Sequence record: SRR22947727_3660
Reading direction: 5' to 3' (one strand)
DNA: 20,000 nt
The position numbers were made by a program, and so were the translations under genes. The notes below the pieces were generated by a model. The model was not told the DNA's origin, made no database searches, and saw only the letters and a program-made list of their open reading frames with translations. Shown here one piece after another: positions 1 to 7,523 of the stretch (positions are counted from its first letter, which is position 1; the number at the start of each line of letters is the position of its first letter).

Positions 1-643
1 TGTGCCGGAAATTGCCGGCCCAGCAAAGATTTCCCTTATCCGCGCCTGCGGCGCCGATCTTCAGGTGGTGCCAGGGGCCTATTCAAACGCCTTAGAACAA
101 GCCGAAGCCTGGGAAGAAAAAACCGGCGCGATGCAAATTCACGCCTATGATGCTGAGGCCACGGTTGCAGGCCAAGGCAGCTGTTTCGTTGAATGGGAAC
201 AGCAGGGGCTAAATGCAGATACGGTGCTTATCGCGGTGGGCGGCGGCGGGCTTATCGCCGGCGCTTTGGGATGGTTTCAGGGGCGGTGCAAAATTGTTGC
301 CGTTGAACCAGAACGCTGCGCCACGCTACACGCGGCACTGAGCGCAAGCGCCCCCGTGAATGTTGAGGTCTCGGGCGTTGCGGCAAATGCTTTGGGCGCG
401 CAAAAAATTGGGACTATCTGCTTTGATCTGGCGCAATCTACCGGCATAGAGTCGGTGCTTGTTTCTGACGCTGCCATCACGCAGGCCCAGCGCAGGCTTT
501 GGCAAGATCTTAGGCAGGTGGTTGAACCCGCAGGCGCGGCCGCTCTGGCGGCTGTGCTCAGTGGCGCCTATACACCTGAGCCAGACGAGCGCTTGGCAGT
601 TTTGGTCTGCGGGGGCAATATTGCCTCAGACCCGCTTGCATAA
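1..643 (+). CDS. PLP-dependent threonine/serine dehydratase family protein, 5'-truncated by the window edge; no C-terminal regulatory domain
   Basis: Fold-type II PLP motifs: IHAYD..GQG, AVGGGGL glycine loop, VAVEP, EPAGAAALAA, C-terminal VLVCGGN; stop TAA at 641-643. Confidence 0.88.
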   Translation, partial: VPEIAGPAKISLIRACGADLQVVPGAYSNALEQAEAWEEKTGAMQIHAYDAEATVAGQGSCFVEWEQQGLNADTVLIAVGGGGLIAGALGWFQGRCKIVAVEPERCATLHAALSASAPVNVEVSGVAANALGAQKIGTICFDLAQSTGIESVLVSDAAITQAQRRLWQDLRQVVEPAGAAALAAVLSGAYTPEPDERLAVLVCGGNIASDPLA

Positions 644-649
644 CGCCGC

Positions 650-1564
650 TCAGTAAATCTTTGGCACGTATAATTTATCGGGCAGCACGCGGCGTTCATA
701 ATCAGGGTTAAACACCCGTTCTGGCAAAGTAATCTTTTCAGACGGCATATCCTGATAGGGAATCTTGCCCAGAATATGTTCGATACAATTCAGCCGTTCG
801 CGCTTTTTATCGTTGCCTTCCACGATATACCAAGGCGCCTCTGGAATATTCGTACGGGCAAACATATCTTCTTTGGCTGTTGTATATTGCTCCCAACGAA
901 TGCGGCTTTCCAAATCAATCGGCGAAAGCTTCCATTGTTTCATCGGATCATGGATGCGCATCAAAAACCGCATCTGCTGCTCTTCATCTGAAATAGAAAA
1001 CCAATATTTCAAAACAAGAATACCCGAACGCACCAACATGCGTTCAAATTCAGGTACATCGCGAAAAAACTGTTCGACCTGATCTTCTTCAGCAAAACCC
1101 ATCACCCGCTCAACACCGGCGCGATTATACCAGGAGCGATCGAACAAAACAATTTCTCCACCCGCTGGCAAATGCGGGACGTAACGCTGAAAATACCATT
1201 GCGTCTGCTCGCGCTCTGAGGGTTTTGGCAACGCCACAACCCGGGCAACCCGTGGATTCAAGCGTTGCGTAATGCGCTTTATCACACCGCCCTTGCCGGC
1301 GCTGTCGCGCCCCTCGCAGATGATTAGGATTTTGGCACCTGTGGCTTCAACCCAATGCTGCAACTTGATCAGCTCCATCTGCAAGCGCAACAGGTTGCGA
1401 TAATAGACCCGCCGATCCAGCATATCCGGATGCTTATCCTTGTAAATCTTGCGGATCTCTTCGGTCAGCATCGGTTCGCTGAACTCATTTTCATAGAGCT
1501 CATCCAGCGTATCTTCCAATTCGGCTTCCAGCCAATCGCGCGGGGTTGAGGAGGTTTCGTTCAT
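650..1564 (-). CDS. ppk2: Polyphosphate kinase 2 (single-domain, class I-like), 304 aa
   Basis: Walker A EGRDSAGKGG, Walker B FDRSWYNRAGVE, WKLSPID, QWYFQRY. Start placed at ATG 1564 (MNETSS), preceded by AAAGGA; the ORF-track extension to 1678 looks non-coding. Confidence 0.95.
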   Translation of the reverse strand: MNETSSTPRDWLEAELEDTLDELYENEFSEPMLTEEIRKIYKDKHPDMLDRRVYYRNLLRLQMELIKLQHWVEATGAKILIICEGRDSAGKGGVIKRITQRLNPRVARVVALPKPSEREQTQWYFQRYVPHLPAGGEIVLFDRSWYNRAGVERVMGFAEEDQVEQFFRDVPEFERMLVRSGILVLKYWFSISDEEQQMRFLMRIHDPMKQWKLSPIDLESRIRWEQYTTAKEDMFARTNIPEAPWYIVEGNDKKRERLNCIEHILGKIPYQDMPSEKITLPERVFNPDYERRVLPDKLYVPKIY

Positions 1565-1848
1565 TCTTATTCCTTTGTAATGCGAACCATAATAAACGCT
1601 GCAATGGCAGATGTCACTGAGGTTACAATTCTTGGCACGACAAGCGCGCTTGGCGCGGTTATTCTTGCGCTCCTGCAATCGTCAAAGCGTTGACAGTCTG
1701 CAATACAGCCCAAATACGCCAAACAGGGCCACCCACAGAAACCCCTCGGTTAATGTGCAACGGGCTAGCTTTAGTTTGCGCGATCTTTAGAAAATAAATA
1801 CTCTTTAAAAGTGTTTTACGGGTGTCGGTTTGCCCTTTAGGTTTTGCA

Positions 1849-3168
1849 GTGTATTGTTTTAAGTTTCTAAAATCCGCGATAATGTCCGTGGCACTCGCGG
1901 TTTCAACCCAAGCCGTGTCGGAAAGCGCCGCGAATCTCGTTTCCACGATACAGCATCCGAATTTTCAACATATCTATCTCATCACCGATCGCGACGCGCG
2001 GTCTTTTGAGGCCAGATTGATTTTCCAAAACGGTGAATTAGACAACCCCTACGCTGAAGGGCTTGCGCATTATGTCGAACATTTGGCTTGGCTCAACGTG
2101 ACGCAAAGCAAAGATTTTGAGGCCCTTCGCCATTCTAATGCATGGACCAATTTAACCAGCACAGCCTATGTCACGCATAGTTCAGAGACGTGGTTAACCA
2201 AAGAGCTGCAACGCCTGATCGAGGTTAGCACACCCTTCACCTTGGCTGAACGCTTTATGTTGGAAGAGCGGGATATCATCCTGCGCGAATATGAGGCGAG
2301 TGTCGCAGAAAACCCTTATTTCGAAATTGAACAGAATATAAATAAAGCAATTTACCCAAGCTCACCATGGGCCAGATCGGGGCTTGGATCGCCGACTGAA
2401 ATAGAAGATTTCAGCTTAATCAACGCTAAAAAATTACACCTTAAAAGCCATGAATTGGGCAATGCCGTTTTAATCGTTACCGGGAATATTTCAAAGACCA
2501 CCTTACAAAAAGCATTAAGAAACTTAAATTTTCCAAAACCTGCCGCTCCCATTGCGCCGACACCTCTGCCCACTCCTGAGGTCGGAAACAAACGTGTCGC
2601 GGCAGATATACAAGTTGCAAGGCTTGGCAGCCCGACTTTATTCTATCGAAAACCAATAAAACGCCCCCCCCCCTGCTCGGATGCGGCCTTTTGCGATCAA
2701 ACAGTTCGAGTTTTACGCGCAGCGCTCGGCTCATCTTTACCCGGCGGGATAGCCGGCCCTTTACGGTTTGATGATTTTTTCGCGCGCAGCTTCTGGTTTG
2801 ATTTGCGCGCCATAGGGTCAAAGCATCTGCTAATTGAATTCACAGCAGAACCCGATTTGAATGTTTCTTTAAGCAAACTCGAAACCGAATTTACCAAGGT
2901 TTTCAACGAAATCGTCCAGCAAGGTATCCCCGAAAAAACAATCAAACAGATCAAAAAGCGATTTCAGGGTCACCTTAACGACGTTTTAAAACGCAAAAAT
3001 TACAGAAAAAACCTTCTTATTGATCGGGTGTCCAACCGTCAGCCTTATTACGGACTCACAGCTGAACGGCGGGCTCTGCGAAGCGTCACCGCGCAAAAGA
3101 TCAACGATTTGTTAACCGCCCTCGGCCAATCCGGACGCACAGTTATCTACCGGGCAAATGAATTATGA
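1849..3168 (+). CDS. M16 (insulinase/inverzincin) family zinc peptidase, HxxEH-bearing subunit, probable signal peptide
   Basis: EGLAHYVEHL (HxxEH at 2068-2082), SNAWT..STAY, EERDIILREY (third Zn-ligand region), GNAVLIVTGNI. Start uncertain (GTG 1822, GTG 1849 or ATG 1882); from 1849 the N-terminus (FKFLKSAIMSVALAVSTQA) reads as a Sec signal. Confidence 0.85.
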   Translation: MYCFKFLKSAIMSVALAVSTQAVSESAANLVSTIQHPNFQHIYLITDRDARSFEARLIFQNGELDNPYAEGLAHYVEHLAWLNVTQSKDFEALRHSNAWTNLTSTAYVTHSSETWLTKELQRLIEVSTPFTLAERFMLEERDIILREYEASVAENPYFEIEQNINKAIYPSSPWARSGLGSPTEIEDFSLINAKKLHLKSHELGNAVLIVTGNISKTTLQKALRNLNFPKPAAPIAPTPLPTPEVGNKRVAADIQVARLGSPTLFYRKPIKRPPPCSDAAFCDQTVRVLRAALGSSLPGGIAGPLRFDDFFARSFWFDLRAIGSKHLLIEFTAEPDLNVSLSKLETEFTKVFNEIVQQGIPEKTIKQIKKRFQGHLNDVLKRKNYRKNLLIDRVSNRQPYYGLTAERRALRSVTAQKINDLLTALGQSGRTVIYRANEL

Positions 3169-3183
3169 AAAAGGAAAGTCCAA

Positions 3184-4404
3184 GTGATAAGATATTTTCT
3201 AATTTTTGCGCCAAGCATGCTTTTGAGCTGCCAAGAGGATGATCTAAATGCAGATGCCAGTGACGAACCACGTCCAGCAGAATTCAAAATGTTACCAGAA
3301 GAAAACCGCAGCGTTATTTTGGCCACGACCCCGCGGGGGCATACATTTCATTTTATGCCGATCTATGAACCCGGTGTAACGGATATAACGATCACCATTG
3401 CTTGGCCTTCCAACTGGGCCTATGAGGCATCGCGCAATCCGGCCGTTCCATATATTGGCACAGAAACCCTTTTAAGTGGAGGAACGGAAGATATTTTTCC
3501 AAAGGAATTGAATGAATTTCTATCAGACAGAAATTCAGGCGGATCGTTTATTCCCACTGCAGACTACGTGTATGGCGAAATCAACTTTCCGAAAGAATAC
3601 CGCGAAGACGTCATTAAACTCGCTTCTGATACATTGCGCAGCCCGAAATTTGATCCACGTTGGGTTCACAGAATTAAGGGTTCAATACGCCAAAACATAC
3701 GGTTTGCGCATTTAAAAACAGAAACAAAAATGTGGACTTTAGCTCGAAAAGCGAATTTGGGCGATAACCCTCTATACCATTTTCTGACGTTGCCCGATCC
3801 TAGGGTGATTGATGAGGTATCTGTGGATATGTTACGCCAATGGCATAAGCAAACCTTTACGCAATCAGGCTTAACAATCGTGGTCACTGGCGCCATTTCC
3901 CGACAAGATGCCGGCAGCTCAGTGGTTACCTTGCTTTTTGATCTGCCAAAAGGGCGCGTATCTCCGCCGCATGACGTAAACGTAACGATAAAACCGCAAA
4001 CCGTTTTTCTGCATGTACCAGAGGCTGAGAAAACAACAATCGGGATATTAGGCCGCCTACCTCCCACCTCTCAGGGCAATGACTTAACCGACCGCTTAGC
4101 CTTATCGCATTTTTCGCAAAGCGGGTCAGGCCCTTTATTTTCTGCTCTGCGCACCGAACAGCGCGCGAGTTACGGCTTTCAGGCTGGATTTTTCGACTAT
4201 AATCGCAGAAATAGGCGCCTGTTTATAACCGGCGCCGTTGCCGCAGAGCAAGCCGCAGACGTGGCGGCAGATATCCCCGAAATATATGAAGAATATCGCT
4301 TAGATCCCAATTTTGAAACCTTGGCAGATCTGCAAAATGGCATGGTTAATCAAACGCAGAAAAATGTTGGCTATGTAAATATTGCCGTCCGAACGATTTT
4401 GTAA
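3184..4404 (+). CDS. M16 family non-catalytic (R/Y) subunit, predicted lipoprotein; ends at an apparently premature TAA
   Basis: GTG start after AAGGAAAG; lipobox-like MIRYFLIFAPSMLLS-C; no HxxEH; WHKQTF..LTIVVTGAI; GPLFSALRTEQRASYG matches the M16 R-x6-Y motif; 15 bp downstream of the HxxEH gene. Confidence 0.8.
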   Translation: MIRYFLIFAPSMLLSCQEDDLNADASDEPRPAEFKMLPEENRSVILATTPRGHTFHFMPIYEPGVTDITITIAWPSNWAYEASRNPAVPYIGTETLLSGGTEDIFPKELNEFLSDRNSGGSFIPTADYVYGEINFPKEYREDVIKLASDTLRSPKFDPRWVHRIKGSIRQNIRFAHLKTETKMWTLARKANLGDNPLYHFLTLPDPRVIDEVSVDMLRQWHKQTFTQSGLTIVVTGAISRQDAGSSVVTLLFDLPKGRVSPPHDVNVTIKPQTVFLHVPEAEKTTIGILGRLPPTSQGNDLTDRLALSHFSQSGSGPLFSALRTEQRASYGFQAGFFDYNRRNRRLFITGAVAAEQAADVAADIPEIYEEYRLDPNFETLADLQNGMVNQTQKNVGYVNIAVRTIL

Positions 4405-4608
4405 TTGGCCCTCGACAAACGCGATCCAAAAATCGCTCCAAAACTACATAACGAATTGAAAAAACTACATACGCAAGATTTGAAATCAAGAATGAAAACA
4501 ATATTTCCACCCAAAAGTGAATTGGCGATTTTCGCAGCAGGGCCAAGCAAAATAGGCTGGTCGGATGCCTGCGTGATTTCAAAAATCGAAGCGCTTGATG
4601 AGTGCTGA
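4405..4608 (+). pseudogene. In-frame C-terminal remainder of the M16 R/Y subunit beyond the TAA at 4402-4404
   Basis: Same frame, directly after TAA (att ttg TAA ttg gcc ctc), no RBS. ELKKLHTQDLKSRMKTIFPP..LAIFAAGP resembles the terminal 'vT.edv..a...l....vvvvGP' helix-strand of M16 C-domains. Confidence 0.7.
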
Positions 4609-4641
4609 AGCTGAAAGAAATCTAGCAGATATTTTTCAGCT
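4609..4641. terminator. Imperfect hairpin between the convergent M16 and aldR genes; possible terminator
   Basis: AGCTGAAAGAAATCT-agc-AGATATTTTTCAGCT (13/15 paired), starting directly after the TGA at 4608. Confidence 0.45.
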
Positions 4642-4689
4642 CTCGATGCACAAATATTCCATAAACCCGCGCGGTCAGCATGCGCAAAT

Positions 4690-5148
4690 TTACAAAGGCA
4701 AGGCCGTGGTTTTAAAAACAGTGCGCAGCGCAAATAACGATTGCATCTGCGCCACGCCGGGCAGCCGGGCCAAAGATTGACGATGGATGCGGGCATAATC
4801 CTCTGTGCTATCAGCCACCACTTTCAGCAAATAATCAGCGCTGCCCGCCATCAGATGGCACTCTAAAACATCGGGTACCCGCGCAACGGCTTTTTCAAAG
4901 CTGTCCAAAATTTCATCCGCTTGACCCGATAAGGTGATTTCCACAAAAACCGTGGTCGGCTTTTGCAATTTGCGCGGATCCAGCAAGGCCACATAATCTT
5001 TTATATAGCCCTCTGCCTCCAGCCGCTGGATCCGCCGATGACAGGCTGAGGCAGACAGGTTTACCCGTTCAGCCACATCCGCATTTGACATTCGCCCCTG
5101 CCGCTGCAGGATAACCAAGATTCGACGATCCGTTGAGTCAATCTGCAT
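4690..5148 (-). CDS. aldR: Lrp/AsnC family transcriptional regulator, AldR-like, 152 aa
   Basis: N-terminal HTH (DRRIL..LQRQGRMSNADVAERVNLSASACHRRIQRLE), RAM domain (VLECHLMAGSADYLLKV); divergent from ald. Confidence 0.9.
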   Translation of the reverse strand: MQIDSTDRRILVILQRQGRMSNADVAERVNLSASACHRRIQRLEAEGYIKDYVALLDPRKLQKPTTVFVEITLSGQADEILDSFEKAVARVPDVLECHLMAGSADYLLKVVADSTEDYARIHRQSLARLPGVAQMQSLFALRTVFKTTALPL

Positions 5149-5284
5149 ATCTTGCAACAATCTTCTAAAATTTTATCTATTATTTGTATAATATTTGAAA
5201 AATAGTGTAATTCAATCACAATCTTTTCAAGAAAATTGCGTGTGATACCTGTCATAATTTGCGCACAGCAAAAAGGAGCTCAAC
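5149..5284. promoter_or_regulatory. AT-rich divergent aldR/ald control region
   Basis: Strongly AT-rich; ACAATCTT(C/T)T repeated at 5157 and 5218; CATAAT -10-like hexamer at 5253-5258 without a good -35; SD AAAAGGAG at 5271-5278. Confidence 0.55.
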
Positions 5285-6409
5285 ATGCAAATAGGATGTC
5301 CTACAGAAATTAAACCGCAAGAATTCCGCGTTGGAATGACACCAAATGCGGTAAGCGAAGCAACCCGGCACGGGCATAAAGTAATGGTTCAGGCAGGTGC
5401 AGGCGCTGGATCGGGCTTTTCGGATGCTGAATATCAAAGCGCCGGGGCGCAAATTGTTGAGACAGCAGAAGAAGTCTTCACCAGTTGCGATATGATCGTA
5501 AAAGTCAAAGAGCCTCAGGCCGTTGAGCGCGCTCAATTGCGCGAAAATCAACTGTTATTCACCTATTTGCATTTGGCACCGGACACGGCGCAAACGCAGG
5601 ATCTTTTGGCCTCTGGTTGCACTGCAATTGCCTATGAAACAGTAACCGACCAGGCGGGCGGATTGCCTCTATTGGCGCCCATGTCCGAAGTTGCGGGGCG
5701 CTTGGCACCGCAAGTTGGCGCATGGACCTTGCAAAAAGCCAATGGCGGGCGCGGCGTACTCATGGGCGGCGTGCCAGGTGTTTTACCGGCCAATGTCTTA
5801 GTCATTGGGGGCGGCGTTGTCGGCACACATGCCGCAAAAATTGCCGCGGGTATGGGCGCGGATGTCACCGTGCTTGACCGTTCTTTGCCGCGCCTGCGAT
5901 TTTTGGATGATGTTTTTGGTGGGCAATTTAAAACGGGGTATGCCAATAGCGCACTAACCGCCGAGTTGGCCAGCGCCGCCGATATGATCATCGGTGCCGT
6001 ATTGGTACCCGGCGCCACAGCGCCAAAATTGATCACAAAAAATCAATTGAGCAGCTTAAAACCCGGCGCCGCGCTGGTAGATGTGGCGATTGACCAGGGC
6101 GGCTGCTTTGAAACATCGCGCGCCACAACGCATCAAGATCCGATCTATCAAGTGGATGGGATCCAACATTATTGCGTGGCCAATATGCCCGGCGCAGTTG
6201 CGCGCAGTTCTACGCAAGCTTTGGGCAATGCCACATTGCCGTTCTTATTGGCGCTGGCAGATAAAGGCTGGCAGGCCGCTTGCGCTGACGATCCCCACCT
6301 TTTGAACGGCTTGAATATTCACGCCGGAACGGTGACCCATGCCGCTGTGGCAGACGCATTGGGCTATGCGCTTAGCCAGCCCAATCTAACGCTTAAAACC
6401 GCAGCCTAA
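5285..6409 (+). CDS. ald: Alanine dehydrogenase, 374 aa
   Basis: IGCPTEIKPQEFRVG, VKVKEP, LFTYLHLA, AYETV, PMSEVAGR, GGGVVG NAD-binding, VDVAIDQGGC, HYCVANMPGA; strong SD. Confidence 0.97.
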   Translation: MQIGCPTEIKPQEFRVGMTPNAVSEATRHGHKVMVQAGAGAGSGFSDAEYQSAGAQIVETAEEVFTSCDMIVKVKEPQAVERAQLRENQLLFTYLHLAPDTAQTQDLLASGCTAIAYETVTDQAGGLPLLAPMSEVAGRLAPQVGAWTLQKANGGRGVLMGGVPGVLPANVLVIGGGVVGTHAAKIAAGMGADVTVLDRSLPRLRFLDDVFGGQFKTGYANSALTAELASAADMIIGAVLVPGATAPKLITKNQLSSLKPGAALVDVAIDQGGCFETSRATTHQDPIYQVDGIQHYCVANMPGAVARSSTQALGNATLPFLLALADKGWQAACADDPHLLNGLNIHAGTVTHAAVADALGYALSQPNLTLKTAA

Positions 6410-6424
6410 AATACAGCCTAAAAC

Positions 6425-6859
6425 TTAGACCTCCCGCTGAAGGGCCGTGCGAATATCGATTAATATATCCAACTCGCTCGGCCCTGAAGGCGCGGCATCA
6501 GGCGCAACCTCTTCCGCTTTGCTCTGCGCCTCTTTAAGCTTATTGACGGAACGTACCAGCAAAAACACCACCCAAGCGATGATCAAAAAATTGATCACGG
6601 CCATGATAAACGCCCCATAGGCAAACACCGCAACCCCCGCCTCACGCGCCGCTGCAAGAGACACGAAATCGCCCTCGCCCCGCAGAACCACGAATAAGTT
6701 ACCAAAGTCGACCCCGCCCAAAAATAATCCAATCAACGGATTGATCAAATCTCCGACCATTGATTTGACGATCGCCGTAAACGCCGCACCGATAATGATG
6801 CCAACGGCCATATCCATCACATTGCCTTTGGCAATAAAACCTTGAAACTCTTTCAACAT
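6425..6859 (-). CDS. mscL: Large-conductance mechanosensitive channel
   Basis: [41 protein letters not shown]-terminal LLxDIR-like helix. Confidence 0.97.
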   Translation of the reverse strand: MLKEFQGFIAKGNVMDMAVGIIIGAAFTAIVKSMVGDLINPLIGLFLGGVDFGNLFVVLRGEGDFVSLAAAREAGVAVFAYGAFIMAVINFLIIAWVVFLLVRSVNKLKEAQSKAEEVAPDAAPSGPSELDILIDIRTALQREV

Positions 6860-6974
6860 AACGTGCCTTTCAAAAATAAATTTAAATAATAAAATAAAAA
6901 ATCAGCTCTGAGGCTGCGCGTCTTTTAAGGCATATTTAGCGTGTCTTGTATATTTTTAATTGTTTTTAGGCCGC

Positions 6975-6997
6975 AAAAAAAGGGCCCAAAGGCCCTT
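6975..6997 (-). terminator. Rho-independent terminator for the pheS-pheT-ytoQ transcript
   Basis: On the minus strand AAGGGCC-TTTG-GGCCCTT runs into a T tract, 32 bp after the ytoQ stop. Confidence 0.8.
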
Positions 6998-7029
6998 GAT
7001 CACTCTGCTTAAAATCCAGCCCGGCGCTT

Positions 7030-7479
7030 TTAAGCCGGTAAATCGCCCGAAAGAATATAGGTTAGTATCGCAACGACTTGGCTGGGATCTTGCGCAACGG
7101 CCAAAGCCGCTGCGTCAACTTCTTTCAACGCATGCTGATGCTCTGCCCCATGCAGTACGATTAAAGATTTCCCCAAGGCGGCCGCATAGCCTGCATCAAA
7201 GGCCGCGTTCCATTGCTTATATTTCTCGCCAAAGCGAACCACCACAATATCTGCCTCTTCGATGCCTTTACGGGTGCGCATCGCGTTCAACTTTGCGCCT
7301 TTATGGTCGTGCCAAAACTTGTTGGATTCTGCGCCCAAAATGGCAACGCCGCAATCATCACTGGCGGCATGATCCGTGACTGGGCCGGTAAACACCACAT
7401 TAAGATCCCGCGCACCATGCGCGATTTGATCGCGCCAATCTGTGTGAATCTCACCAGATAAATAAACTGTTAGCATCAT
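7030..7479 (-). CDS. YtoQ family protein (nucleoside 2-deoxyribosyltransferase-like fold)
   Basis: VYLSGEIHTDWR, PVTDH..SDDCG, WHDHKGAKLNAMRTR, FGEKYKQWNAAFDAGYA, HALKEVDAAA; SD GAGGA; start ATG 7479 or 7476. Confidence 0.85.
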   Translation of the reverse strand: MMLTVYLSGEIHTDWRDQIAHGARDLNVVFTGPVTDHAASDDCGVAILGAESNKFWHDHKGAKLNAMRTRKGIEEADIVVVRFGEKYKQWNAAFDAGYAAALGKSLIVLHGAEHQHALKEVDAAALAVAQDPSQVVAILTYILSGDLPA

Positions 7480-7523
7480 GACCGTTTCCTCATCCAAAGG
7501 TTTTACTTACGCGAATTTGCAAT

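Noticed and set aside
1632..1647. Sigma54-like TTGGCACG-N-GC motif facing the M16 genes
   Set aside because: The -12 element is GCGC rather than TTGC, and TTGGCACG also occurs inside ppk2 (661), so chance is likely.
1565..1678. 38-aa N-terminal extension of Ppk2 in the ORF track (similar extensions for pheT, pheS, gltX, paaK-like and livF)
   Set aside because: Downstream ATGs have clear SD sequences and match family N-termini; the extensions run over intergenic DNA or neighbouring genes.
1679..4690. M16 block as a mobile element
   Set aside because: No integrase, transposase, tRNA or flanking direct/inverted repeats found by eye; only composition hints at foreign origin.
6402..6423. CAGCCTAAAA repeated twice at the ald stop
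   Set aside because: A two-copy 10-bp micro-duplication between convergent genes; no array, no evident function.
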